Of a stretch of DNA of 64,000 bases, positions 1 through 9,989 are shown piece after piece. This stretch comes from an uncultured Thiomicrospira sp. (GTDB lineage: Bacteria; Pseudomonadota; Gammaproteobacteria; CAKMZV01). The first letter of the stretch is position 1; each line of letters begins with the position of its first letter. The stretch is taken from assembly GCA_965195345.1 (NCBI GenBank), contig OZ239628.1, positions 1,856,694 through 1,920,693 of the forward strand. The letters run 5' to 3'. Position numbers and translations under genes: made by a program. The notes beneath the pieces are model-generated. The model did no database searches and was not told the origin of the DNA. It saw nothing but the letters and a program-made list of their open reading frames with translations.

Positions 1-414
1 ATATCAGGAGAACAAGGTTCGATTAAAGAATTGCCCTCTGATAGAGTCGTTAGTGTACAGTTTCCAGCAGCTGGTTATGGTTTCTTGCAACATGGCAACA
101 TGGTTTTTCACCGCGCTTGCCGTCTGCACGAACCCGCCGAACGTATTACTGTTGTTCCATCGTTTGTCGTTCTTGATCCGAGTAAAAAAGATGGCACGAA
201 CATCGATTCGCTCATGAATTGGAAGGATCCGGGCATGTTAGCTGAATTGGCAAGACACGAAGCATGGATTGCTCTAAATCATTTGGAAAATTTGATTGAA
301 GACATTGATCTAACTGCTCCACCTCAACAGATTGGTAAAGCATTGGATGAATCAGTTGCTAGTTTGAATCATTTCTCAGATAAGTTGAAACAGTTAAATC
401 AAACAAATCATTGA
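1..414 (+). CDS. 5'-truncated putative 2OG-Fe(II) oxygenase-like protein (possibly HalD/BesD-like), C-terminal part
   Basis: Frame is open from base 1 (ISGEQGSIKELPSD...). Segment GYGFLQHGNMVFHRACRLHEPAERITVV resembles the distal H...R strands of 2OG-Fe(II) oxygenases. Confidence 0.5.
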   Translation: MSGEQGSIKELPSDRVVSVQFPAAGYGFLQHGNMVFHRACRLHEPAERITVVPSFVVLDPSKKDGTNIDSLMNWKDPGMLAELARHEAWIALNHLENLIEDIDLTAPPQQIGKALDESVASLNHFSDKLKQLNQTNH

Positions 415-1370
415 TTATGTCTGCCAAATCAAATCAACAAAAAATCCTCCTTACAGGCGCTGCCGGGTGTATTGGTTCTTGGGTTATCAAGCAATGCTTG
501 GATAACGGACACGATATTGTTGCTGTCGACATCAGTGCCCAGCGTTCGCGTCTTGAACTATTGGTTGGGCAGGATAGGGCGCACTCTATCACTTGGGACG
601 TTTGCGACATCCGCAATAAAAATGCTCTGTTAGGAATAGCAGAAAAACATGAAGTAAATGCTATTATTCATCTAGCCGCTTTGCAAGTGCCATTTTGTAA
701 AGCGGACGCCACACTTGGAGCTGAAGTGAATGTCGTTGGAACCATTAACGTGTTTGAAGTGGCTCGTACACTAGGTATTAAGCGCATTGCTTACGCTTCT
801 TCGGTTGCAGCTACCGCTATGTTCGAGAAGTCAGCTTGGTTGAAAACATTGTATGGTGCATATAAAATATGTAATGAGCAGACTGCCAAAGTGTATTGGC
901 AAGATTACAACATTCCCAGTGTCGGCATACGTCCAAGTGTGATTTACGGTGTTTCACGCGACCAAGGAATGAGTGCTTTGCCAAGCATTGCGATACTGGC
1001 AAGTTGCTTACAGCAACCCTTCAATATTAGCTTTCGTGGTCATGTCGGTTTTGTCTACGCAGCCAATATTGCCCATGCACTGATTCAATCGGTAAAAAAT
1101 GCACACAGTGACGCACACGTCTTTGATTACAATGGCATTCAACTAAGCGTTGAGGATTTTGTCAAATCTGTAAAAAAACGATTGCCAACATCCAATATAA
1201 CCATTACGGGAGGCGAACTGCCTTTTCCATCGGACATGAGCAATCAACCTTTAATTGACCATATCGGAGAGTTTGAAGAGATTGGTATAGAAGATGGCAT
1301 AACGGAAACGATACAGCTGTTTCAATCATTGGTAAAAAGCGGGCAACTTAACTTATCACATTTAAAGTGA
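411..1370 (+). CDS. NAD-dependent epimerase/dehydratase (extended SDR)
   Basis: TGAAGCIG Rossmann motif, HLAA, YGAYK catalytic YxxxK. Confidence 0.9.
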   Translation: MIMSAKSNQQKILLTGAAGCIGSWVIKQCLDNGHDIVAVDISAQRSRLELLVGQDRAHSITWDVCDIRNKNALLGIAEKHEVNAIIHLAALQVPFCKADATLGAEVNVVGTINVFEVARTLGIKRIAYASSVAATAMFEKSAWLKTLYGAYKICNEQTAKVYWQDYNIPSVGIRPSVIYGVSRDQGMSALPSIAILASCLQQPFNISFRGHVGFVYAANIAHALIQSVKNAHSDAHVFDYNGIQLSVEDFVKSVKKRLPTSNITITGGELPFPSDMSNQPLIDHIGEFEEIGIEDGITETIQLFQSLVKSGQLNLSHLK

Positions 1371-1415
1371 ATTTCAAAAAATACTGCAAATTATAAATAT
1401 CACAAGGAAACATAC

Positions 1416-2264
1416 ATGAAAATCATACGCTTTGGAGATAGCAATCAGGAAAAGCCAGGAATTATTGATAAAAACGGTATATTTCGAGATGCATCGGCAA
1501 TAGTGGATGATTGGCACGGCAATAGCATAGGTGCTGACTCACTTGCTCAAATAGCCGCTCATGATTTATTATCATTGCCCGCTGTGCCCTCCTCTGTGCG
1601 TCTTGGAGCACCTATTACGAACATCAGCAAAATCATCGTCATAGGATTGAACTATCGCAACCATGCTAAAGAAGCAAATATGGACGTCCCCACTGAACCA
1701 ATCATGTTGTTAAAATCAACTTCTGCTGTGACAGGACCTAATGATTCAATCGAATTGCCTTTGGGTAGTTCTCAAGTGGATTGGGAAGTAGAGCTCGGCG
1801 TAGTTATTGGCAAAAAAGCTAAAAATGTATCGGTAGAAAATGCCCTATCACACGTTGCAGGTTACACCATTGCCAATGATGTTTCTGAACGTGATTGGCA
1901 AATAAATAGAGGCACTCAGTGGACAAAAGGCAAATGCGCTGATACATTTTGCCCACTTGGACCATGGTTAGTTACAGCAGATGAAGTGGGCGACCCACAA
2001 GATCTGCAACTTAATTTATGGGTTAATCAAGAAAATATGCAAAATGGCAACACCCATGATATGGTCTTCAATGTTGCAGATTTGGTCAGTCGCATTTCCC
2101 ATTACACCACACTAAATGCAGGTGACGTAATGATTACAGGTACACCCGCAGGTGTAGGAATTGGGCAGAAGCCTCCACGTTTTTTAAAGGCTGGAGATCA
2201 TTTGCGCTTAACCATAGCAGGGTTAGGAGAACAAAACAGTGTCGTGACAGCGCCGTATGCATAA
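1416..2264 (+). CDS. Fumarylacetoacetate hydrolase family protein
   Basis: IGLNY, DWEVELGVVIG, NDVSERDWQ, KGKCADTFCPLGP, TGTPAGVG motifs; RBS AAGGA. Confidence 0.93.
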   Translation: MKIIRFGDSNQEKPGIIDKNGIFRDASAIVDDWHGNSIGADSLAQIAAHDLLSLPAVPSSVRLGAPITNISKIIVIGLNYRNHAKEANMDVPTEPIMLLKSTSAVTGPNDSIELPLGSSQVDWEVELGVVIGKKAKNVSVENALSHVAGYTIANDVSERDWQINRGTQWTKGKCADTFCPLGPWLVTADEVGDPQDLQLNLWVNQENMQNGNTHDMVFNVADLVSRISHYTTLNAGDVMITGTPAGVGIGQKPPRFLKAGDHLRLTIAGLGEQNSVVTAPYA

Positions 2265-3027
2265 TAAAGTTGTTGTTGTAACAGGTGGCGCACAAAACAT
2301 TGGCAATGCCATTGCGCACGTTTTTGCTAGCGCGGGTGCTACTACTATTATTGGTGATATAAACGCTCCAAGCGTTGAGAAAAATGTTAAAGAAAACCAT
2401 GTATCGCACATCGATTTTCATCCGCTCAATGTATGCGATGAAAAGAGCGTTGATGCCTTTTTTCGTTGGCTGGAAGAGAAATACGGGTGCATTGGCGTAC
2501 TAGTCAATAACGCTGGCATTGCTATTGAGGAAAAATTTTCTGACACCAGCCTCGATGATTGGAATAGAGTCATGGATGTCAATGTTACAGGAGTTTTTCT
2601 TTGCGCAAAAGCCGCCATCAATCAAATAAAAAAACACAACCGAAAAGGCGTCATTGTCAACATCGGTTCGATTGAAGGATTGGCAGCCAATCCCATGCAT
2701 GGAGTGTACGGTACATCTAAAGGATCAGTACACGCCATGACACGTAATATTGCCATTGATCATGGTTGTGACGGTATTCGTTGTAATGCTATTGCACCTG
2801 GTTGGATCAATACCCCTTTCAACGATTCTTTTATACATAACTTTCCTAACCCAGAAAATGCACTTAAGGAGATTCTTGCACTGCATCCAATGGGACAAAT
2901 CGGCACACCTTCGAATGTAGGGCAGCTTGCATTATGGCTTGCAAGCGATGCTTCAGAATTCATCAACGGGCAGGTTATCTCTATTGATGGCGCACGCACA
3001 GCCAAACTCCCCCTTCCAGCACTATGA
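2257..3027 (+). CDS. Short-chain dehydrogenase/reductase (SDR)
   Basis: TGGAQNIG, NNAG, YGTSK, NAIAPG. Confidence 0.93.
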   Translation: MHNKVVVVTGGAQNIGNAIAHVFASAGATTIIGDINAPSVEKNVKENHVSHIDFHPLNVCDEKSVDAFFRWLEEKYGCIGVLVNNAGIAIEEKFSDTSLDDWNRVMDVNVTGVFLCAKAAINQIKKHNRKGVIVNIGSIEGLAANPMHGVYGTSKGSVHAMTRNIAIDHGCDGIRCNAIAPGWINTPFNDSFIHNFPNPENALKEILALHPMGQIGTPSNVGQLALWLASDASEFINGQVISIDGARTAKLPLPAL

Positions 3028-3800
3028 GTGTCCCGATAAACTTCGGTAAAAGACAGTTAGATGGCAAAGTTGCTATCATAACGGGTGCCAGCAGAGGTTT
3101 GGGAAAAGCCATTTCCCAAGTTTTCGTGGATGCTCAGATGCACTTAGTGCTCGTTGCACGTGATAAAAAATCCGTTGAAAGTATTGCTCAGGATTTACGA
3201 AACAGTGGTCAAAAAATCGTAACAGTTATCGGCGATGTTCGCGATGAATCTTTTTGTAACTCAATCGTTGAAAACGCCGTTCAACACTTCGGGAAGATAG
3301 ATGTTTTAGTCAATAATGCTGGTGTTATTGGTCGCTTACCTATCATCGAAACATCAACGAGCGAATGGAAGCGCGTAATGGAAACAAATTTAGACGCTGT
3401 TTTTTATCTGTCTCGTGCCGCCATTCAACATATGTCATCTGGAAGCACTATTATAAATGTCGCATCAACTGTATCTGCATTGGGGTGCGCCAACCTTGTC
3501 CCTTATTGCGCCAGCAAAGGGGCCGTAGCTAATTTCACCCGTGCACTTGCACTTGAACTTGCTCCCAGAAAAATCACCGTGAACGCCATTTCCCCAGGCG
3601 CAATGGATTCTCCTATGTTAATGTCTGAACATAAGGAAAATGTGACAGAAGAGATGGTACGAAAAATGAATTGCGACAGTATCCCTCAAGGGCGAATTGC
3701 CAATGTATATGAAGTTGCAAGAGGTGCTTTATACTTAGCGCAAGAAATGCATTCAACGGGCGTTATTTTACCTATTGATGGCGGGTATACTGCTCAATGA
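3024..3800 (+). CDS. Short-chain dehydrogenase/reductase (SDR)
   Basis: TGASRGLG, NNAG, YCASK, NAISPG; ATGA overlap with the upstream SDR. Confidence 0.93.
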   Translation: MSVPINFGKRQLDGKVAIITGASRGLGKAISQVFVDAQMHLVLVARDKKSVESIAQDLRNSGQKIVTVIGDVRDESFCNSIVENAVQHFGKIDVLVNNAGVIGRLPIIETSTSEWKRVMETNLDAVFYLSRAAIQHMSSGSTIINVASTVSALGCANLVPYCASKGAVANFTRALALELAPRKITVNAISPGAMDSPMLMSEHKENVTEEMVRKMNCDSIPQGRIANVYEVARGALYLAQEMHSTGVILPIDGGYTAQ

Positions 3801-3926
3801 GCGATCGGTTTTCAAAAGAGTGAAGCAGTAGTCATTTAAATCGTTTAAAAAAGAGAATATAAAATCGCGTGAGAGTATTCAGTGTGAAGGGGCTCATCTG
3901 AAATATTTTCTCAAATACTTGGACAA

Positions 3927-5030
3927 CTACAAAATAGCACGTTCCTTTCGATCGATGACATTAATGATATCTAAAGGAGTCAACCCTTCCATGCACTTTA
4001 TAGGATTGTAGCAATGGCTGTTACTTTTCACTAAATTACAAGGGCAACACGACAAATTTTTAACAATAAGTGCTTGATGCCTGTTGTTATAGATAGGGAA
4101 ACTTGATTCTGGAGCAAGCAAGCCAAATAATCCTATAACGCTAGGACCATCGGTTGATAACGCCAAATGCATGAATCCTGAATCGGTTGCTACAACCCAC
4201 TGACATTGCTGCAAAAAAGCGGCAGCAACTGTAATGGGCTCTTCAATGATGGGGATTTTTGCATCTACTGCATCTAATAATTTTTGAGTTGCCTGCGTTT
4301 CTCCCGGACCTACTACTGCCACAGGCAACATCTCCTTTAAAATTAACAGATTAACAAACTTAATCCAGTAGGCACTTGGCCACGTTCGTCTGTAATCTCT
4401 TGCAAAAGGATTAAACGCTAATAACGGTCTCTTATCTGGGTTAATATTTTGGGCAATATTTCGCGCTTTTGCATACGTTTTTTCATCACCCCAATAGTGG
4501 CGACGATACACGTCAACAGGCTCTAATCCGATAGCCCTTAGAAGATCAAAATGATTTTCACCTCGATAACGATCGTGAAACTCCTTGTGCAATCGAACCG
4601 TTAAAAACATTCCCCTGCCATCGCTATCGTAGCCTACTCGATTAGGCACATTTGCAAGCCACATCGCCAGCGCAGCATGAATGTTCCCAGAAAGCAATAG
4701 CGCAAGATCAAACGATTTCTCTTGCATCTTTTTAATGACCTGCCATTGATATTTCTTCGTTTCTTTAGATGAAAAAGGAACACATTCGTCTACATAAGGG
4801 CAATGCTGCATAAGCTCAAATCCATGACGATTGATGAGATTCATAATATGCGCATTGGGGAAAAGTCGGCGCACTTCTCGAAAAAATGCGCTTCCAATGG
4901 CTAAATCCCCTAAAGGATCAATCCCTCTAATAACAATTTTTTTAACACTTGAAGTATCAAAGTATTTGGCACGAATTAGCCTCGCATCACGATCAACAAA
5001 ATCACTGGAGACTGTAAAAGTATTCACCAA
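3927..5030 (-). CDS. Glycosyltransferase family 9 (heptosyltransferase-like)
   Basis: LGD motif near N-terminus, 'RRTWP', 'TDSGFMHLA', C-terminal CxPC...C; start may be GTG at 5027. Confidence 0.88.
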   Translation of the reverse strand: MVNTFTVSSDFVDRDARLIRAKYFDTSSVKKIVIRGIDPLGDLAIGSAFFREVRRLFPNAHIMNLINRHGFELMQHCPYVDECVPFSSKETKKYQWQVIKKMQEKSFDLALLLSGNIHAALAMWLANVPNRVGYDSDGRGMFLTVRLHKEFHDRYRGENHFDLLRAIGLEPVDVYRRHYWGDEKTYAKARNIAQNINPDKRPLLAFNPFARDYRRTWPSAYWIKFVNLLILKEMLPVAVVGPGETQATQKLLDAVDAKIPIIEEPITVAAAFLQQCQWVVATDSGFMHLALSTDGPSVIGLFGLLAPESSFPIYNNRHQALIVKNLSCCPCNLVKSNSHCYNPIKCMEGLTPLDIINVIDRKERAIL

Positions 5031-5416
5031 TACCTCTTATTATCAGGATGTTCGTCGGCAATAGTTATTGTTCCTAAAAGGATGTAAAGTAATAACTTGC
5101 TCTAAAAGATGACGGAAATTTAGTATGTGTATTCATAGCCATCTCAAGTTCATCTCCTCAAATACTATGCTTATTCTGCCCGTCTTTAAATCAATCAAAT
5201 AGTAGTATCAGAGACACAATCAAAGTGCATTATATAAGATAGTGTGAAAAGATCATATGCAATGATAATCACGCGCTTTATCAATTCCTTATGACTTCAA
5301 TCCATTCAGAGCATGGATGTAAGCTATCTGGATGGTTAAAAAATTCTAATTTTAAATGTACCATCACGCATTAACAGTCATAATAAGCGACATGATTATT
5401 TTTTGGCATCACCAGC

Positions 5417-5818
5417 ATGATAGATCACTTCAATCTCCCAGTATCAAACCTTGAGCGCAGTGCCAACTTCTATGAAGTAACACTGGCAAGCCTAAACATA
5501 GAACTGTTAATGCGAGATGGAGACGCTGTTGGCTTTGGCAAAAATACATGGGAGTTTGGTATCGTCCATGAATCAAGAGAGTTGATACAAATGCATTGTG
5601 CATTTATTGCGCATTCTCAAGAAGAGGTGCGAAGATTCTATGCAGCAGCATTGGAAGCTGGAGGCATTGACAATGGTGCTCCAGGATTACGAACCGAATA
5701 TGCGCCGTCATATTATTCAGCCTACGTGCTTGATCCTGATGGTCACAATATTGAAGCGGTATGCAGGTGTGACAACCTAGATATGCCTAACAAGGTAATA
5801 AACCTAGGCACAATATAA
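5417..5818 (+). CDS. VOC/glyoxalase family protein
   Basis: MIDHFNLPVSNLERS...HCAF...GGIDNGAPGLR...YYSAYVLDPDGHNIEAVC. Confidence 0.92.
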   Translation: MIDHFNLPVSNLERSANFYEVTLASLNIELLMRDGDAVGFGKNTWEFGIVHESRELIQMHCAFIAHSQEEVRRFYAAALEAGGIDNGAPGLRTEYAPSYYSAYVLDPDGHNIEAVCRCDNLDMPNKVINLGTI

Positions 5819-5856
5819 GCAAAATTTACGTTTGTTGACTTTAAATCCACCAGACT

Positions 5857-6312
5857 ATGAAAGAAACTCGACATATCAGAAAAGCCACACCGAATGATGC
5901 TGATGATTTGAAAAAATGCATGGAGTCGGCATACATAGGCTATCAAGAGAGAATGAAAGGCGCACCACTTCCGCCAATGGATGCTGATTATTCATTCGAA
6001 ATTAAAAACTACCCAACTTGGGTCATTGAATCAGAAAAAGGGCTGCTTGGCGGTCTTATTATGGTGTTCAAAGATGGTCGCGCCTCTATAGCAAACATTG
6101 CCATCAATCCTAAATATCAGGGACAAGGAATTGGTCGCGAACTGATGGATTTCGCAGAATCAAAAGCAAAGGAGAAGAACTTTTTTGAACTGCATTTGAC
6201 AACCCATGTATTGCTTGAAGAGAACTTATCTTTGTATCAACATCTTGGATGGCAAGAATTGAGCAGAGATGAAAACCGAGTTTTCATGAAGAAACAATTA
6301 CCTTTTACCTAA
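5857..6312 (+). CDS. GNAT family N-acetyltransferase
   Basis: IAINPKYQGQGIGRELM acetyl-CoA motif A; ENLSLYQHLGW motif B. Confidence 0.92.
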   Translation: MKETRHIRKATPNDADDLKKCMESAYIGYQERMKGAPLPPMDADYSFEIKNYPTWVIESEKGLLGGLIMVFKDGRASIANIAINPKYQGQGIGRELMDFAESKAKEKNFFELHLTTHVLLEENLSLYQHLGWQELSRDENRVFMKKQLPFT

Positions 6313-6471
6313 AAATCCAGTACTTACACGAAGAATCAAACGGATTATTGGTTACAAAAATCTTCTCTTTAAAACTTTTTGATGCTTCCTTTTATCAGCT
6401 TGACCTACTATGGCGCACTAAGAAATCCTTTAAAGAATTCCTTTAAAAACGGCTTTCAGTGTAACCTATAA

Positions 6472-6495
6472 CCTCTATTATTGGTAGAATAGAGG
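6472..6495 (+). promoter_or_regulatory. Putative suf promoter (extended -10 TGgTAGAAT) overlapped by inverted repeat CCTCTATT-N8-AATAGAGG
   Basis: Inverted repeat and extended -10 are read directly from the sequence, 35-60 bp upstream of sufB. Confidence 0.45.
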
Positions 6496-6529
6496 CCCTC
6501 AAAATTTCCCCAACGAACAATTATATAAT

Positions 6530-8002
6530 ATGGGCAAAAATACAGTGCCAGACATCTTGCACCAATCCAATGTCGATGTACAAGATGATATTGTTGACCT
6601 ACTTAAAAACACTAGTTATAAAGAAGGGTTTCATACTAATATCGTTTCTGAAACCTTTGAAAAAGGATTGAATGAAGATATCGTTCGCAGAATATCATCG
6701 AAGAAAAATGAACCTGAATGGATGCTTGAGTGGCGTTTGAATGCATTCAGAGAATGGCAAGAAATGGAAGAACCACATTGGGCGCATGTTGATTTCAAAT
6801 CATTAGACTATCAAGATTTTCATTACTACTCAGCACCAGAATCTTCCAGTTGTGAAAGCGACAAACCAAACGAAGAATTGGTTGATACGTTTGAGCGCCT
6901 TGGTGTAACTCTTAACGATACGAGCAATATAGCGGTTGATGCTATTTTTGATAGCGTATCAGTATCTACTACGCACCGTTCTAAATTAGCGGAGCTGGGA
7001 ATCATATTTTGCTCGTTTAGCGAAGCAATAGAAGATCACCCTGATTTGGTGAAAAAATACATGGGGACGGTCGTCCCACACAATGATAACTTTTTTGCTG
7101 CGTTGAATTCTGCTTGTGCATCGGATGGAACTTTTGTCTATATTCCTCCTGGAGTACGCTGTCCGCTTGAAATATCAACGTATTTTCGGATGAACGAAGC
7201 AAAAACAGGTCAATTCGAACGCACATTGCTTATCGCTGACAAAAACAGTTACGTAAGCTACATTGAAGGTTGTTCTGCTCCTATTCAAGACAGTTACCAG
7301 TTACATGCTGCTGTGGTTGAGGTTGTTGTACTCGAGGGCGCTGAAGTCAAGTATTCGACTGTGCAAAACTGGTATCCGGGTGATGAAGATTCAGAGGGTG
7401 GTATTTTAAATTTTGTGACTAAACGTGGCATTTGTGCTGAGGCCAACTCTAAACTTTCTTGGACACAAGCAGAAACAGGTTCTTCTATAACTTGGAAGTA
7501 CCCGTCTGTCATACTCCAAGGTGATAATTCGATTGGTGAATTCTACTCAGTAGCTCTAACAAACGGCAAGCAACAAGCCGACACAGGCACAAAAATGATA
7601 CATATTGGTAAAAATACCAGTTCAACTATTATCAGCAAAGGGATATCAGCAGGGCGAAGCCAAAATACATATCGCGGGCAAGTTAAGATAATGAAAAACG
7701 CTGAAGGTGCAAGAAACTTCACACAATGCGATTCCATGTTAATTGGCAACCAGTGTGGCGCACATACTTTCCCGTACATTGACTGCGCCAATCCAACGGC
7801 TCAACTTGAACACGAAGCGACCACTTCAAAAATCGGAGATGACCAAATGTTCTATTGTGCTCAACGTGGCATTAGTGAAGAAGATGCAGTGAGCATCATA
7901 GTCAATGGATTTTGCAAGGAAGTCTTTTCAGAATTACCGATGGAATTTGCAGTTGAAGCAAGAAAGCTTTTAGCGATCAGTCTCGAAGGTTCCGTTGGAT
8001 AA
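6530..8002 (+). CDS. sufB: Fe-S cluster assembly scaffold SufB
   Basis: [40 protein letters not shown]-terminal LEGSVG. Confidence 0.97.
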   Translation: MGKNTVPDILHQSNVDVQDDIVDLLKNTSYKEGFHTNIVSETFEKGLNEDIVRRISSKKNEPEWMLEWRLNAFREWQEMEEPHWAHVDFKSLDYQDFHYYSAPESSSCESDKPNEELVDTFERLGVTLNDTSNIAVDAIFDSVSVSTTHRSKLAELGIIFCSFSEAIEDHPDLVKKYMGTVVPHNDNFFAALNSACASDGTFVYIPPGVRCPLEISTYFRMNEAKTGQFERTLLIADKNSYVSYIEGCSAPIQDSYQLHAAVVEVVVLEGAEVKYSTVQNWYPGDEDSEGGILNFVTKRGICAEANSKLSWTQAETGSSITWKYPSVILQGDNSIGEFYSVALTNGKQQADTGTKMIHIGKNTSSTIISKGISAGRSQNTYRGQVKIMKNAEGARNFTQCDSMLIGNQCGAHTFPYIDCANPTAQLEHEATTSKIGDDQMFYCAQRGISEEDAVSIIVNGFCKEVFSELPMEFAVEARKLLAISLEGSVG

Positions 8003-8016
8003 ACAAGGATTATTTT

Positions 8017-8772
8017 ATGTTATTGGAAATTAATAATTTACACGCATCGGTTACAGAAAGCGACACGCCAATTCTAAAGGGGCTCAATTTGAGCATAAAG
8101 AAAGGCGAGGTGCATGCCATTATGGGACCAAATGGATCAGGGAAAAGCACTCTGTCAAATGTTATCACTGGACGCGATGATTACGAAGTAACTGCTGGAT
8201 CGATTTCCTTTGAGAAAAAAGATCTATTAGAGATGGATGTTTCAGAGCGCGCTGGTGAAGGTATTTTTATGGCGTTCCAATACCCTGTTGAAATTCCTGG
8301 GGTATCCAATAAAATGTTCATGCAAGCATCTTTCAATGCCTTACGCGAGTATCGTAATGAACCAACGTTGAACACGCTTGAATTTAACAAGTTGCTTAAG
8401 CAACGCCTTACGTTGCTTAATATGCCTAAAGAACTACTTGAGCGCTCCGTCAATTGTGGCTTTTCAGGTGGAGAGAAAAAACGCAACGACATTTTTCAAT
8501 TAGCAGTGCTTGATCCAAAGTTAGCGATTCTTGATGAAACGGACTCTGGACTTGATATAGATGCAATGCGCGCAGTAGCAACGGGCGTTAATAAATTACG
8601 CAACGAAGAGCGTTCTTTTTTAATTATTACGCACTATCAACGATTACTCGATTATATCGAACCTGATTTTGTACATATTTTGTCCGACGGGAAAATCATT
8701 AAATCTGGGGATAAAAGCCTTGCCCTTAAGCTCGAAGAAAAAGGGTATAACTGGGTGAATGAAGGACATTAA
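8017..8772 (+). CDS. sufC: Fe-S cluster assembly ABC ATPase SufC
   Basis: GPNGSGKST Walker A, FQYPVEIPGV, FSGGEKKR, LDETDSGLDID. Confidence 0.97.
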   Translation: MLLEINNLHASVTESDTPILKGLNLSIKKGEVHAIMGPNGSGKSTLSNVITGRDDYEVTAGSISFEKKDLLEMDVSERAGEGIFMAFQYPVEIPGVSNKMFMQASFNALREYRNEPTLNTLEFNKLLKQRLTLLNMPKELLERSVNCGFSGGEKKRNDIFQLAVLDPKLAILDETDSGLDIDAMRAVATGVNKLRNEERSFLIITHYQRLLDYIEPDFVHILSDGKIIKSGDKSLALKLEEKGYNWVNEGH

Positions 8773-9989
8773 TGATTGTTATGCAAAAAACCAAAAAACT
8801 GCTTTCTTGTGAACAACGATTAAAGCAATCTTTTCAGCAGTTGCCAAAAGATTTATTAACTCAACGTCGAGAACAGGCGTTTGAAGCGTTTAACGTGAAT
8901 GGATTACCCTCACAGAAACATGAAGATTGGCAAAACACACCCATAAGCTCTCTAAAAACACCATCTCCTGCAAGCGTTCCAGGTCAGCTACCGATTTTTG
9001 ATGTTTTTGAGATTGATTTTCCTGTTATCAATATTGTTGATGGGCATATAGATTATGCTTCGCTACCGAAAAACATAACAATTGAAGAAAACCTTCCGCC
9101 ATCACTGCCAATTAGCGCCGAAGACGACCCACTTTTTTTGATCAACCAAGCCTTTATTCAAAAACATATTACTGTCATTGTTAAAGAAAATGGCTATTTG
9201 TGGCTTCGTTACCTTGGAACTCAAGCGAGCACCGCTAGCTCCCAAATAGACATTCAGGTTGGCTCATCATGTGAGCTAACGGTCATCGAAAGCCACGGGT
9301 CTGGGCATGCTGAAATGGTGGCCAACCATAGCTTAGGGTTCTGTGTTGGCGCCAATGCACAAGTTAAGCATTACAAGTGGCAAACGCAAAATAAAGAAAG
9401 TCAACATTTTGCACACCATTTCTTTCATCTTGGCAAAGACGCTCAATTTTCCAGCACGAGCATATTAGCTGGAGGCAGTTTGTGTCGTCAGAATAGTTTC
9501 ACGCGCTTGGCTGAATCAGGTTGCACTAGTGAAGTAAACAGCTTATACGTTGGTTCAAAAGGGCAAACAATTGATACCAGGACATTTACAAAGCATCAAG
9601 CACCGCATTGCAATAGCTATCAAATTCACAAAGGGATTCTGGATGATGATGCAAGAGGCGTTTTTCAAGGCCGCATATACGTTGATCCTCAAGCGCTTAA
9701 AACCGACGGGCAAATGGATAACCGTGCACTGCTGTTATCTGAAAAAGCACAAAATAACAGCAAACCACAATTGGAAATTTATGCGGATGATGTGAAGTGT
9801 TCACATGGATTTACTTGTGGGCAAATGGACAAAGACCAGTTATTTTATATACAAAGCCGTGGCATTCCGCTTAAAGAGGCTCAAAAATATCTTATGTATG
9901 CTTTTGCTGCTGAAGTGGCATTACGTATTGATTACGAGCCAATGCGCAATGCCGTCGAACGCGCTCTATCAAAACAATTAATTAAATGA
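8772..9989 (+). CDS. sufD: Fe-S cluster assembly protein SufD
   Basis: KPQLEIYADDVKCSHG, LFYIQSRGI; follows sufC. Confidence 0.95.
   Translation: MIVMQKTKKLLSCEQRLKQSFQQLPKDLLTQRREQAFEAFNVNGLPSQKHEDWQNTPISSLKTPSPASVPGQLPIFDVFEIDFPVINIVDGHIDYASLPKNITIEENLPPSLPISAEDDPLFLINQAFIQKHITVIVKENGYLWLRYLGTQASTASSQIDIQVGSSCELTVIESHGSGHAEMVANHSLGFCVGANAQVKHYKWQTQNKESQHFAHHFFHLGKDAQFSSTSILAGGSLCRQNSFTRLAESGCTSEVNSLYVGSKGQTIDTRTFTKHQAPHCNSYQIHKGILDDDARGVFQGRIYVDPQALKTDGQMDNRALLLSEKAQNNSKPQLEIYADDVKCSHGFTCGQMDKDQLFYIQSRGIPLKEAQKYLMYAFAAEVALRIDYEPMRNAVERALSKQLIK

Noticed and set aside
5258-5278. Fur-box-like AATGATAATCA
   Set aside because: Only half of the 19-bp consensus matches and the flanking genes are not iron-related
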